Virus record (IMG/VR): IMGVR_UViG_3300022752_000055
Span: 8,127 to 72,126 of that record
Strand: one strand, 5' to 3'
DNA from: a virus
DNA: 64,000 nucleotides
Shown: positions 49,439-58,636 of the stretch, piece by piece
Numbering within the stretch: position 1 is the first letter of the stretch
How the letters are laid out: each line of letters begins with the position of its first letter
Position numbers and translations under genes: made by a program
The notes under the pieces: model-generated
Seen by the model: only the letters and a program-made list of their open reading frames with translations
Database searches by the model: none
What the model was told of the DNA's origin: nothing

Positions 49439-50358
49439 TATGATTTTTTCTTAATTAATGAGAAGTAATATCTCATAGTGTTAAACTTATCATCAGGTTC
49501 TACTATAAGTAATGGTTTATTATCATACATTGAATCCAATTTTTCTTTGATATCAACCCAATCTAAACTAGGAAACCAAGTAGCATAGTTTTTTAATAAA
49601 TCGTTCCAAGTTTTAAATGAATCACTAAAACCATTACCCCCGTTTCTGTCAGCATGTTTCCAAAATATATATGTGGTTCCTTCTTCGTCACCACTCTCAT
49701 TATAAAAATTTGAAATATATTCCGCAATATCACTACCATACTTTTCCTTTAAATAATTTGCAATTTTTTTTTCTGCATCATGAAACTCATCATTATCTAA
49801 ATGTGTATGTGTTGAATCAAGTATTTCATATGCTGTGTTCTTACAAGCCCACCAAACAACTACCGCAACTACTTTTTCTAATTTAAACGATTGAATTGCA
49901 AACTTTCTAAGATAATTAATTATCTCTTCATCTGTATATCTATTTCTTCTTCTTACAAATAAAGGTATTTCACTTTCTTCTTTTATTATTGATTCATCTA
50001 TATTTTTACAATTTGGACGTGAACTACCATAGATATCAACTATAATCCCAAATGTATCAATTATTAAATCTTGAAGTTCATTCATAATTTTTTCTTCTTT
50101 GTTATGAACTGCCATAGTCTTCGGCCAATTTTTTGAGCCATGCCCCGAATCAAAATAAAGTGTAACTTTGAACCTTTGATACCTTTCTCCTGAATTTTTT
50201 GTTGCAAACTTTCCTAACTCTAACTTATAATCACAGATGTATTCTTTTTCTTCACTACTCCTTAAAAAATACTCTATCAGTTTTTTGAGTGGTACTGATA
50301 AATTTTTCTTTTTTTCCTCTTCTTTTAATACTTTTCTTATGGTTTCTTGTAGATTCAT
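49438..50358 (-). CDS. leader-bearing multi-module protein
   Basis: MNLQETIRKVLKEE; internal IDESIIKEE junction. Confidence 0.8.
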   Translation of the reverse strand: MNLQETIRKVLKEEEKKKNLSVPLKKLIEYFLRSSEEKEYICDYKLELGKFATKNSGERYQRFKVTLYFDSGHGSKNWPKTMAVHNKEEKIMNELQDLIIDTFGIIVDIYGSSRPNCKNIDESIIKEESEIPLFVRRRNRYTDEEIINYLRKFAIQSFKLEKVVAVVVWWACKNTAYEILDSTHTHLDNDEFHDAEKKIANYLKEKYGSDIAEYISNFYNESGDEEGTTYIFWKHADRNGGNGFSDSFKTWNDLLKNYATWFPSLDWVDIKEKLDSMYDNKPLLIVEPDDKFNTMRYYFSLIKKKS

Positions 50359-50362
50359 ATTA

Positions 50363-51184
50363 TTAATAACTTTCTCCCGTTCCTTCATAAATTAATTTTA
50401 TACATTTGGATGGTATATTTTCAAATGTAAGTATATGATATTCATAATCCCCACCTCTATAATGTTTATCTTTATACCAAGTAACTTCAGCACAATCTGT
50501 ATTAATCAACCAAACATCATCATCCCAACTAGAATCAAACCAATAATTTTCATTTTCAGAGTCAGTCGCAAAAATTGCTGGTTCACATTCTTCCTCACTA
50601 AAATTTTGTGAATAAGTTTTATAACAATCACCTACCGATGCTTGTAATCCTGTTTCAAGAATATTTTCTCTCCAAATAGGGTTTGATTTATGAATAACAA
50701 ATCTATTAGGAAAATATTCATCACCCGCTGGCGAATATGTCTCTTCCTTTAATATTCTTCTTATGGTTTCTTGTAGATTATTTTTGTCTATTAACATTTC
50801 GTTAGGGTCAACACCCAATTCTTCTAAACTCCACAATATTTGGTTATATTTACCATCATAAATCTTTTTAACTAAATCATTTCTGTATGGTTCAGGGTTT
50901 GCGGTTTTTGTAATTGCATTGTAAATCCAACTATCCGGTTTCGCATCTAAAATATTTTTTAGTGTAATTAAATGAACGTATGGTTCTTTTAACCATTCTT
51001 TATAAGTTTTGGAGCTTGGGTCACCATCAATTGCTGGTGTTACAAACACCGCACCCACACTTATAAGTTTGTCAACATCAAACGGGAGCCTATCCTCGTA
51101 AGGAATAGTATTTCTAGTCTCATCATAGTCATAAACTCTATCGTCTTCCTTTAATATTCTTCTTATGGTATGTCTTATATTCAT
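50363..51184 (-). CDS. two-module protein with ADP-ribosyltransferase/Tpt1-like C-terminal module
   Basis: Leader at start plus internal NLQETIRRILKEE; IHKS..ENILETGL..AIFAT..ENIP..CI. Confidence 0.6.
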   Translation of the reverse strand: MNIRHTIRRILKEDDRVYDYDETRNTIPYEDRLPFDVDKLISVGAVFVTPAIDGDPSSKTYKEWLKEPYVHLITLKNILDAKPDSWIYNAITKTANPEPYRNDLVKKIYDGKYNQILWSLEELGVDPNEMLIDKNNLQETIRRILKEETYSPAGDEYFPNRFVIHKSNPIWRENILETGLQASVGDCYKTYSQNFSEEECEPAIFATDSENENYWFDSSWDDDVWLINTDCAEVTWYKDKHYRGGDYEYHILTFENIPSKCIKLIYEGTGESY

Positions 51185-52074
51185 TAAGTGTTAACTTTTA
51201 TCATATTATAAAAATAATTGGTAATTCCTTCAAAACTTTTTAAATTCTTTTGTTTCAAATCATCTCTTGTTTTGGAAATTAAATTTTCAAAATGTCGTAA
51301 AGGCACGCTACTATACATCGCGTTTATTTTTCTATCATCATCCTTATCTATTAAACCAATTTTAATAAATTCCCTTAATTTCCTTGTCGCAAATTCATCG
51401 GCAATTATCTCAACTTCTTTCATTGCTTTGGCAGCGTCCTCAACACTTACCTCACCCAAATAACATTCATACATTTTATCATCACCATATTTTTTATATT
51501 GATATTGGTGTGCGATTTCGTGAGCCACCACAAATAAAAAAGACGATAATGGGTAATTAAAAATTGTTTCATTAAAGAGAACCCCATTATGTAACGCCAA
51601 CCCCATCGCCGGAAATTTAAATTTGGAAACTTCTATCTTTTTGCAGTTTGAATTCTCTATAAATGATTTAATTTCGTCTATATATATTTCTGTTTCAGGA
51701 TAAGTTGACATAATCCTATATAAGAATGGTCTAATTCCTTCCGTTTCTTCCTTTAATACTTTTCTTGTGGTTGATTCTTTTATATTAACCGGAGTATCAC
51801 AATCTAATCTTATTACGATTAGTTCAAGATGTGGTAAATAATCATTGATATTTTTACTTACAATATTTTCCATGTCGTGATTATGATAATCACTTTGAAG
51901 AATAACAAGATAATTTTTAATAATTTCACCATCTCCTGACTCATAGTCAATTACCCTAACTTGGACTCCGCATAAATGCTTAATATCCATACTCAAGACA
52001 ATATCTTCAATATATTTGCACCACCTATCCTCCTTAAACTTATTTACCTGTGCTTCTGTTATAATGTATTTCAT
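51184..52074 (-). CDS. two-module protein with C-terminal zincin (HExxH)
   Basis: MKYIITEAQ; internal RKVLKEE; AHEIAHQYQ..E..ADEFA. Confidence 0.7.
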   Translation of the reverse strand: MKYIITEAQVNKFKEDRWCKYIEDIVLSMDIKHLCGVQVRVIDYESGDGEIIKNYLVILQSDYHNHDMENIVSKNINDYLPHLELIVIRLDCDTPVNIKESTTRKVLKEETEGIRPFLYRIMSTYPETEIYIDEIKSFIENSNCKKIEVSKFKFPAMGLALHNGVLFNETIFNYPLSSFLFVVAHEIAHQYQYKKYGDDKMYECYLGEVSVEDAAKAMKEVEIIADEFATRKLREFIKIGLIDKDDDRKINAMYSSVPLRHFENLISKTRDDLKQKNLKSFEGITNYFYNMIKVNT

Positions 52075-52091
52075 TTTATTAATAGTTAAAA

Positions 52092-52409
52092 TTATACGCA
52101 CTCATCTTCTATTGTATATCTATAATATTCTTTAACATCCTTCCCCATTTTTTCCTTAATAACATTTTTTATATATAAACAAAGGGGAGCAAATAATTTA
52201 TTTTGCCAATCATTAAAGAAGTTTAACAAATAAGTTTCGGCAGAACTTGTTGATACCACTTCTAAATACTCGTCCTCAGTTTTAAATTCGCAAGGATAGT
52301 AAAGGTCAGTACCCTCATCAACTATCTCCCTAATCCACACTAAATCATCTCTAGTTCTACGAAGAATTTGTAACATTATTTCTTGAGATTCCGTTATTAT
52401 AATTTTCAT
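52092..52409 (-). CDS. leader-bearing paralog
   Basis: MKIIITESQ; ILRR..PCEF. Confidence 0.75.
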   Translation of the reverse strand: MKIIITESQEIMLQILRRTRDDLVWIREIVDEGTDLYYPCEFKTEDEYLEVVSTSSAETYLLNFFNDWQNKLFAPLCLYIKNVIKEKMGKDVKEYYRYTIEDECV

Positions 52410-52678
52410 CTTTTATAAATATCAAAAGATTAACTTATGGTTAAAATAAAATAATATACACCATCTACCTACCTTAAAGATATTTATAATATAGATAAAT
52501 AGTGATGAAAATAGGTATATAATTTTTACATTAAACTATCCATATGAAAGTATTAAAAACTATAAAAAACTTCTTTGATGGTCTATTATTTTCTAAGGAG
52601 CATATTGAATATGAAATAATGAAGAGATTTCTAAATGGGAAATAATATCACTAAAAATTTGTACTACGCGGCATTCTG

Positions 52679-52751
52679 CACGCACGTGAGGACTCGAACC
52701 TACCATCTTCGGTTTTGGAGACCGATGTTCTACCAATTGAACTACGCACGC
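52679..52751 (-). tRNA. trnW: tRNA-Trp(CCA)
   Basis: Anticodon arm TCGGT-CTCCAAA-ACCGA; D arm GTTC/GAAC; TTCGAGT loop; T stem imperfect. Confidence 0.85.
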
Positions 52752-52759
52752 ATTTTATT

Positions 52760-53161
52760 TTATAATTTTATCTCGAACCTACCCCTCATAATTTCCAACT
52801 TATTATCCGGGACTCCGTGTTCGTTTACACCTCCGTGTCTATTCTCCACAACAACGTGAAAAACTATGTATCCGTATTTTCTTGCAATTATCTCATAAAA
52901 CCTCATTTCCCATTCTTGGGTAAAGGTATTTGACACAACAACTGTGTTATAAAATAAACGGCGAAATAAACTTGGGTGCATTGCTTTATGAACTTTTCTT
53001 TTACAATCATTATGGGCGTCCTTTATTTTGGTATAATCAAATTTATATTCGCCATCTTTAATGAAGAACATATCGGCTTCAATGTGAAGTCCACCTAATG
53101 TTTTTGCAAATGTGCTTTTACCTGAGCCGGGGGCGCCTCTCAATAATGTTAGTTCTTTCAT
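52760..53161 (-). CDS. P-loop kinase (AAA_33 / polynucleotide-kinase-like)
   Basis: LLRGAPGSGKSTFA, EADMFF, VVVSNTF, HGVP. Confidence 0.85.
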   Translation of the reverse strand: MKELTLLRGAPGSGKSTFAKTLGGLHIEADMFFIKDGEYKFDYTKIKDAHNDCKRKVHKAMHPSLFRRLFYNTVVVSNTFTQEWEMRFYEIIARKYGYIVFHVVVENRHGGVNEHGVPDNKLEIMRGRFEIKL

Positions 53162-53361
53162 ATTAATCTAATTGTTTTTGGTTTAACGTGTTGTACCGGT
53201 GTTCTATCAAGGGTCACCTGAAAACCCCAACTTGGGATAAAATCATTATATCCCAAGAACTGACAGGTTCCTACCCATCTTTCACCTTTTTCGGTTTCTA
53301 CGGATATTCTTTTACCCATAAATTGTTCCCTCATTTTCTCTATTTGTTCCTGTTGTATCAT
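53158..53361 (-). CDS. hypothetical protein
   Basis: TTTG-N20-TACCTTTG promoter at 53366-53397. Confidence 0.7.
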   Translation of the reverse strand: MIQQEQIEKMREQFMGKRISVETEKGERWVGTCQFLGYNDFIPSWGFQVTLDRTPVQHVKPKTIRLI

Positions 53362-53398
53362 AGAACAAAGGTAAGGTATGTTTGATTATCCGCCAAAT

Positions 53399-53728
53399 TT
53401 AATATAAATCTTCTGAGAATAATCTGTTCTCAAAATCTATTTTGTGTCCGTTTGCGGTGTGAATTTTGGCACCCTCTTCTCTATCTACAAATCTGTTTTT
53501 ACTTGTAAGGAATCCCTGTATATGTTCACCGGAACAGTCTTCACCAATTTCACAAGTTCGTAAACCTGTTATTGAAGTCATTGTATACATACATTGGGCG
53601 TGTCTATGTCCGCAGAATACTAAACCCCTATCACAATTAACGGGTCGTATCATCGCTTCACTTGGAAGTTCTTTTTTTAATGGTATATTTAAATACCAAA
53701 TCGCGGCACAGAGGATATATTCTTTCAT
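53399..53728 (-). CDS. conserved phage hypothetical protein
   Basis: CAAIW..GHRH..QGFLTS.NRFVDR.E..LFSEDLY. Confidence 0.8.
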   Translation of the reverse strand: MKEYILCAAIWYLNIPLKKELPSEAMIRPVNCDRGLVFCGHRHAQCMYTMTSITGLRTCEIGEDCSGEHIQGFLTSKNRFVDREEGAKIHTANGHKIDFENRLFSEDLY

Positions 53729-53731
53729 AAT

Positions 53732-53941
53732 TTATTCTTTTACATAGTCCATTGTTTCTCTCATTTTGGCAATTAACGCCTCCAAACTTTCAGTGTTTAA
53801 ATACAATCTACCCTTATAATCCGTATCATCAATATCTTTAAACTCCAACGTAATCCCATCAAACTCAGGTGTTGGCTGAATCCTTATATCTTGTTCTAGA
53901 TGTGTTGTAATCTCTGTTTTAATCCAAACTTTATTTTTCAT
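53732..53941 (-). CDS. hypothetical protein
   Basis: 69-aa ORF in operon. Confidence 0.65.
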   Translation of the reverse strand: MKNKVWIKTEITTHLEQDIRIQPTPEFDGITLEFKDIDDTDYKGRLYLNTESLEALIAKMRETMDYVKE

Positions 53942-53942
53942 A

Positions 53943-54152
53943 TTATTTATTTTTTAATTGTTCGTGAGTAAGGGGGTCTCCACAGTCAACACAAGTATAG
54001 ATTATTGTAAAGTAATCACCTTCATTGTGCAAGGTTTTATTAATAAAAGCCCCCGGTTCTTTTACATACTTGTTTGGATAAAAATAAGTTCTACTTATCG
54101 GTTTATGTTGGTTACAAAAGTCACATTTTCCAATTTCTATATTTCCACTCAT
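53943..54152 (-). CDS. small Zn-finger protein
   Basis: CDFC and CVDC pairs. Confidence 0.65.
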   Translation of the reverse strand: MSGNIEIGKCDFCNQHKPISRTYFYPNKYVKEPGAFINKTLHNEGDYFTIIYTCVDCGDPLTHEQLKNK

Positions 54153-54269
54153 ATTATTTAGTTTTTAGTCGTTATTTACAATGTTATCAAAAACTTTTCT
54201 CACACCCCACTTCACTATCTCCCAAATTATTATTGTTAGTATTATTATCTTCATAAAAAAATATTTTTG

Positions 54270-54343
54270 TGGACTCACTTGGGCTCGAACCAAGGACTTC
54301 AAAATTATGAGTTTTGCACTCTTACCTACTGAGTTATGAGTCC
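54270..54343 (-). tRNA. tRNA with CAT anticodon (Met or Ile2)
   Basis: GGACTCA/TGAGTCC acceptor; CAAAA-CTCATAA-TTTTG; CTTGG-TTCGAGC-CCAAG. Confidence 0.9.
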
Positions 54344-54349
54344 AAATAA

Positions 54350-54487
54350 GGAAAACAGAAGATGGGTCGGTGGACATCTGTTTTTATGATTGGCATTACT
54401 CTGTATTTGAAGGATTACCCTATTACCCCTCCGAATAGATAACTGTTTCTAATGTTACCACCATTATCTACCTTTCCCAATCAACCT
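54350..54487 (-). ncRNA. candidate structured ncRNA upstream of the tRNA
   Basis: Stems AAAACAG(AA)GATG/CATCTGTTTT, GATTGG/CCAATC, TAGATAA/TTATCTA and TATTTGAAGG/CCTCCGAATA. Confidence 0.4.
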
Positions 54488-54493
54488 AAAAAT

Positions 54494-54874
54494 TTATTCG
54501 GTTTCATAACTATACATAATACCACTATCATATACAATACAATATAACATATGACTTGACACCTCAGGTTTGAATTTTTTCATCATAAAATGACATTTTT
54601 CACCTTCACCATTGATACATTTCCAATCATACGTTACGTGAGTTTCATATGTTGTTTTTTCCGGTGCATCATAGGTTCTGTATTTCTTTTCACCAATGGT
54701 AAGAGACCAATCTTTTAAAATTACAAACATTTCTTTTGGATTATCGGTCGCAACTGTTTTCCATTCCTCTCCCGTCCATTCACTTTTAGTTGCTTGAATA
54801 ACTCTGTTAAAATCTTGAGAATAACTAAATAAAGTTAAGAGTAGACCGACTACCATGAGTGTTACTTTTTTCAT
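54494..54874 (-). CDS. secreted protein
   Basis: Signal peptide MKKVTLMVVGLLLTLFSYS-Q. Confidence 0.75.
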   Translation of the reverse strand: MKKVTLMVVGLLLTLFSYSQDFNRVIQATKSEWTGEEWKTVATDNPKEMFVILKDWSLTIGEKKYRTYDAPEKTTYETHVTYDWKCINGEGEKCHFMMKKFKPEVSSHMLYCIVYDSGIMYSYETE

Positions 54875-54888
54875 ATTGTTTTTTTTAG

Positions 54889-54960
54889 TAGTCCGGAGAG
54901 GAATCGAACCTCTATATACAGATTAGAAATCTGTCATTCTATCCGTTGAATTACCAGACC
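54889..54960 (-). tRNA. trnR: tRNA-Arg(TCT)
   Basis: GGTCTGG/CCGGACT acceptor; ACAGA-TTTCTAA-TCTGT; AGAGG-TTCGATT-CCTCT; TTTG-N19-TATATTTG promoter upstream. Confidence 0.9.
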
Positions 54961-55037
54961 GATTAATGATACACAAATATAAAACAAAAACCCGAACCAT
55001 CAAAGTCCGGGTCTAATTATTTTAAAAAATAAATTTA

Positions 55038-55754
55038 TTAACCAAACTCTTCTTCAAATAGTGTTGTTGTTATATTTTTTCGTTCGTTATATGTGTGATG
55101 TAATTCTGCGGTGTTATTTCGCATATTAAATAAAAAAAATCCTTGAGAACCTTCATCTCTTTCCCACCCACGAAAATTGTCTTCTAATGCTCTTTCACAC
55201 CAATCTTCAACCGTACCTGTAACCGGAACACCATTTTCAAACCTATCTTCCATATATCCGCTACCATCCGAACCATTATATCTTAACTCCATAATAGGTT
55301 CAACATCGGTAGATTCTTCTCTAATTGAATTAAATACATCTATACCTATGTCATTGTCTTTTGTTGTAAATTCTAAACTATTTCCGTCTGATGCCTCTGT
55401 ATATACCATATAATGAATTAATCTAATTTCACTATTTATCCTATCAATTTCTATCTCAATTCTACCATAATCAATATAATCAGGAAAATCTATTTTATCT
55501 TGGTTTCTTTCTCCAGCAATAAGAATCTTTTTAATAATTGGTATTAATCCTTCGGGTACTTCGACATAATAGTTGTTGTAAAAATTTGTAACTCTATCAA
55601 AATTAATATCTGATGTTTTATAAACTTCATAACTATATTCAAGTTCAACAATTTCAATATCTCCTTGACTTAATTCATATGATTCAAGATATCTTGAGAT
55701 TTTTCTAAGATATTTTTTATCTTCCGGTGATAAAATTGACATACTTTGTTCCAT
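55038..55754 (-). CDS. hypothetical protein (DUF6878-like C-terminus)
   Basis: Y.GS.GSG..E..GWE.DEGS.G motif (recalled, unverified). Confidence 0.7.
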   Translation of the reverse strand: MEQSMSILSPEDKKYLRKISRYLESYELSQGDIEIVELEYSYEVYKTSDINFDRVTNFYNNYYVEVPEGLIPIIKKILIAGERNQDKIDFPDYIDYGRIEIEIDRINSEIRLIHYMVYTEASDGNSLEFTTKDNDIGIDVFNSIREESTDVEPIMELRYNGSDGSGYMEDRFENGVPVTGTVEDWCERALEDNFRGWERDEGSQGFFLFNMRNNTAELHHTYNERKNITTTLFEEEFG

Positions 55755-55787
55755 AAATTATAAATATCATCTAAAGATGTCTTTTAT

Positions 55788-55946
55788 TTATATTTCTTTA
55801 AGAATGTATTCGTGAGCAGAGTCCGAGTTTGATTGAAATAACAATCTCATCTTTTCCGCTTCCGCATAATCTTCAAACTCTAACACTTCTGAGTGACTAT
55901 CTATTATTACCACAGGTACTTTAACCCCCTTTTGGTTTAATTCCAT
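55788..55946 (-). CDS. 52-aa hypothetical protein (missed by the ORF track)
   Basis: MELNQKGVKVPVVIIDSHSEVLEFEDYAEAEKMRLYFQSNSDSAHEYILKEI. Confidence 0.55.
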   Translation of the reverse strand: MELNQKGVKVPVVIIDSHSEVLEFEDYAEAEKMRLLFQSNSDSAHEYILKEI

Positions 55947-55950
55947 TTTT

Positions 55951-56286
55951 TTAATTATTATCCACATATTTTTTAGTTTGTTTTTTTAACATTTCTTCCA
56001 TCCATCTTGCACCCGCAACGAATGCTCTTGTTGTGTAATTTCCTTTGTTATTTTCGGTTGAATCATAAAACCCCATAATGTCTGCAGCCTCAACAATTAC
56101 CCTATCTTCAATCTCTTTATATTTCTCGATAATGTTTGCGATTGCTTCATTAACAGATATATTACCACTAAAAATTTCTCCACACCCATTACACAATACT
56201 TCCGTAACAGGTCTATCCTCTCTACTAAAATCATAGTTATAATGTAAATTCTCTTGTTCTCCGCACTTTGGGCATTTGTATTTCAT
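55951..56286 (-). CDS. Zn-ribbon protein
   Basis: CPKC and CNGC pairs; AFVAGARW. Confidence 0.7.
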   Translation of the reverse strand: MKYKCPKCGEQENLHYNYDFSREDRPVTEVLCNGCGEIFSGNISVNEAIANIIEKYKEIEDRVIVEAADIMGFYDSTENNKGNYTTRAFVAGARWMEEMLKKQTKKYVDNN

Positions 56287-56385
56287 AATTAATTGTTTTT
56301 AGTTTCTAACAAATAATAATAAATTTTGAATGCTTAATCAATAAATTAGGTGGTGAAAAAATAAAATTTAAATAATAAAGAAGTG

Positions 56386-57390
56386 TTAATCTTCTTTTTC
56401 TTTTATAATTTCTTTAAAATACTCGCCGAACTTTGTTCTTAACATTTTAATAAGTTCCGTCTCATTCTCTAGGATATATCTACCATATAATGGGACAGCC
56501 CATTCATTGTATAATCTTTTAGGTAGCACATAAAAATTTCTATTATACATATATCCAATCGCGCAACTTGTAACACCATTAGTATAGTAAATTACTCCTG
56601 CATTAATTGGTATTGTATTAAAATAACCCTTACTAACTTCTTTTTTAACTACTTGAGGTTTATTTTTTTTACTTTTGGTTGAACTTTTCTTTATTTCTTT
56701 TTTATACTTAGATTCGACAGAATCTATTGACACTATTTTTGTAACAATAGGTTTTTCAATTTCTTTTTTGGGTTTAATCTTTAAAAAAGTCCCGGTTAAT
56801 AATTTTTCTCTAAGGGTCATTTCCTCCTTTGTTAATAATGCAACCGGTTTTATTGTTACAGGAACATACAAGGCAATTTGAACTTCATCTCCATTAAACT
56901 CCTCACCAACATTATTTACGTATGTATTAATAATTAATGGGGCAATTCTATTGTCGTATAATGGAAATGGTGAATTAGTATTTAATATTGCATTTTCAAA
57001 TTCCCTTTGGTAAAATTTATTTTCATCAATTCTTTCATAATATTGCTCCATCATAATATTTCTCCCACCAACAGGCATTAACACCTCAATTTTTTCACCC
57101 TTAAGATACCTTTCCCTTCTCATCCATAAGTCTTTAAACTCCCTTAAAGTACTATCCAACCTATAAAAACATTCTCTAACATTTTTTTCCGTATTTATTT
57201 TTATTGAACCAACTTTTTTATAGTCCTCATGTTTCTCATAAAATTCATATACCTTTAAACTATTCTCGTATAACACCATAGAATCTTCCGCAGTAGGACA
57301 AGTGGTATTATTACCAAAAAAATCTTTGCACTGAGAATATACCAAATTTGATATAAAAAATAAAAACACAATAATAAAAAGTTTTTTCAT
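56386..57390 (-). CDS. secreted protein
   Basis: Signal peptide MKKLFIIVFLFFISNLVYS-Q. Confidence 0.8.
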   Translation of the reverse strand: MKKLFIIVFLFFISNLVYSQCKDFFGNNTTCPTAEDSMVLYENSLKVYEFYEKHEDYKKVGSIKINTEKNVRECFYRLDSTLREFKDLWMRRERYLKGEKIEVLMPVGGRNIMMEQYYERIDENKFYQREFENAILNTNSPFPLYDNRIAPLIINTYVNNVGEEFNGDEVQIALYVPVTIKPVALLTKEEMTLREKLLTGTFLKIKPKKEIEKPIVTKIVSIDSVESKYKKEIKKSSTKSKKNKPQVVKKEVSKGYFNTIPINAGVIYYTNGVTSCAIGYMYNRNFYVLPKRLYNEWAVPLYGRYILENETELIKMLRTKFGEYFKEIIKEKED

Positions 57391-57391
57391 A

Positions 57392-57610
57392 TTATTTCAT
57401 CTTTAATGGATTTATGGTTGGCCTATTAGTCCTATATAATCTACGTATTTTCCTTTCGTATTTCTCAGTACTTGGTTTGAACTTATGTTTTGGTATTACA
57501 TAACCGTATGGAGATATGTGTCTTGGAACAACATGACCGTATGGTGGTCTATAAGTCGTGCAACCATATAAAAAAATAACTATAATAATTAAAATTAGGC
57601 TTTTTTTCAT
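57392..57610 (-). CDS. small lipoprotein
   Basis: MKKSLILIIIVIFLYG-C lipobox. Confidence 0.65.
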   Translation of the reverse strand: MKKSLILIIIVIFLYGCTTYRPPYGHVVPRHISPYGYVIPKHKFKPSTEKYERKIRRLYRTNRPTINPLKMK

Positions 57611-57740
57611 GGTTTTTCTTTACTATAATTATCTGTAAATTTTAGTTTATATTTACATTTTATATTTTTTTATTATTAATAATTTCCCATAAAATTTCGT
57701 ATCTTTATGAACTATTTATAACGCAAAAACCACTAATCAA

Positions 57741-57962
57741 ATGGAAGAAAAAAAAGTTTATATTGGAGTTTACGATAAAGAAAATCTTTTCGCAGTAATG
57801 GAATGGTTAAGTGCCGACCAAATTGATACCAAAACTATTGATACATTTCACGACTGCGGATATATCCTAAAAACAATAAAAAAAAAAGAATATTTAAATT
57901 TTATTGAAAAATCCGGATTGGAGTGGGAAGATATAGATGATTTGGAAATTCCCGAAATTTAA
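57741..57962 (+). CDS. hypothetical protein
   Basis: 73-aa ORF. Confidence 0.7.
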   Translation: MEEKKVYIGVYDKENLFAVMEWLSADQIDTKTIDTFHDCGYILKTIKKKEYLNFIEKSGLEWEDIDDLEIPEI

Positions 57963-58106
57963 TTTTGTTTTTTATTTTTTTTATGTTTACCTTTGTTAAA
58001 AGATATCAAATGGAAATAATATTAGCATCAATAATTATAATTTTATTTGGGATTTGTATTTATGGAATAATAGACACCATTAAACAAATCAATAAAAAAG
58101 ATTAAT

Positions 58107-58319
58107 ATGGAAATACAAGATTTAAAACCTATTTTAACCTCATTGATACCTCAAATTGAAATGAGAATAAAAGATATTAAATATATTGGAGATGAATCGG
58201 ATTTGGGAAATGAAATTGGATACACAATAGGTAAAGTTATTAATTTCAGTGAAGAAGATACAGAAAGTTTTATTCACGGGATTAGACACGGAATTAGTTT
58301 AACTAATGGGACTCACTAA
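58107..58319 (+). CDS. hypothetical protein
   Basis: GDESDLGNEIG..GIRHGISL..GTH; TTTG-N20-TACCTTTG at 57964-57995. Confidence 0.7.
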   Translation: MEIQDLKPILTSLIPQIEMRIKDIKYIGDESDLGNEIGYTIGKVINFSEEDTESFIHGIRHGISLTNGTH

Positions 58320-58334
58320 AATTAAAAACAATAT

Positions 58335-58631
58335 ATGAAAATTGAAACATTAAAGAAATTAATTGAATTGGAAATCACTCAATGTGAAACTATGTATGAA
58401 TTTAAAGAAAAGGTTATCGCACTTATCGATATGTTTGAATTTGATTCACAGACATCTAATTTAATTAACGATTCCACCGAGGAAATACCATATCACCAAA
58501 TTTGCGGTTGTAACCCTATTAACGGTGGTAGTGGAGTTTGCGGTTGTATGATGGGAAATAAAATGGTTAAAAAATACTTTAAACAAGAAATACACGGAAC
58601 GGATAATTCCATAATAAATAAAACACCTTAA
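58335..58631 (+). CDS. hypothetical protein with CxCNP..GGSG.CxC motif
   Basis: Cys motif read directly. Confidence 0.7.
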   Translation: MKIETLKKLIELEITQCETMYEFKEKVIALIDMFEFDSQTSNLINDSTEEIPYHQICGCNPINGGSGVCGCMMGNKMVKKYFKQEIHGTDNSIINKTP

Positions 58632-58636
58632 AAAAA

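Noticed and set aside
52635-54377. ORFs 52635..52859 and 54165..54377
   Set aside because: They overlap well-formed tRNA genes; at most a short downstream part of the latter is coding.
55958-55966. Isolated TTATCCACA
   Set aside because: A single box inside a CDS end, with no cluster.
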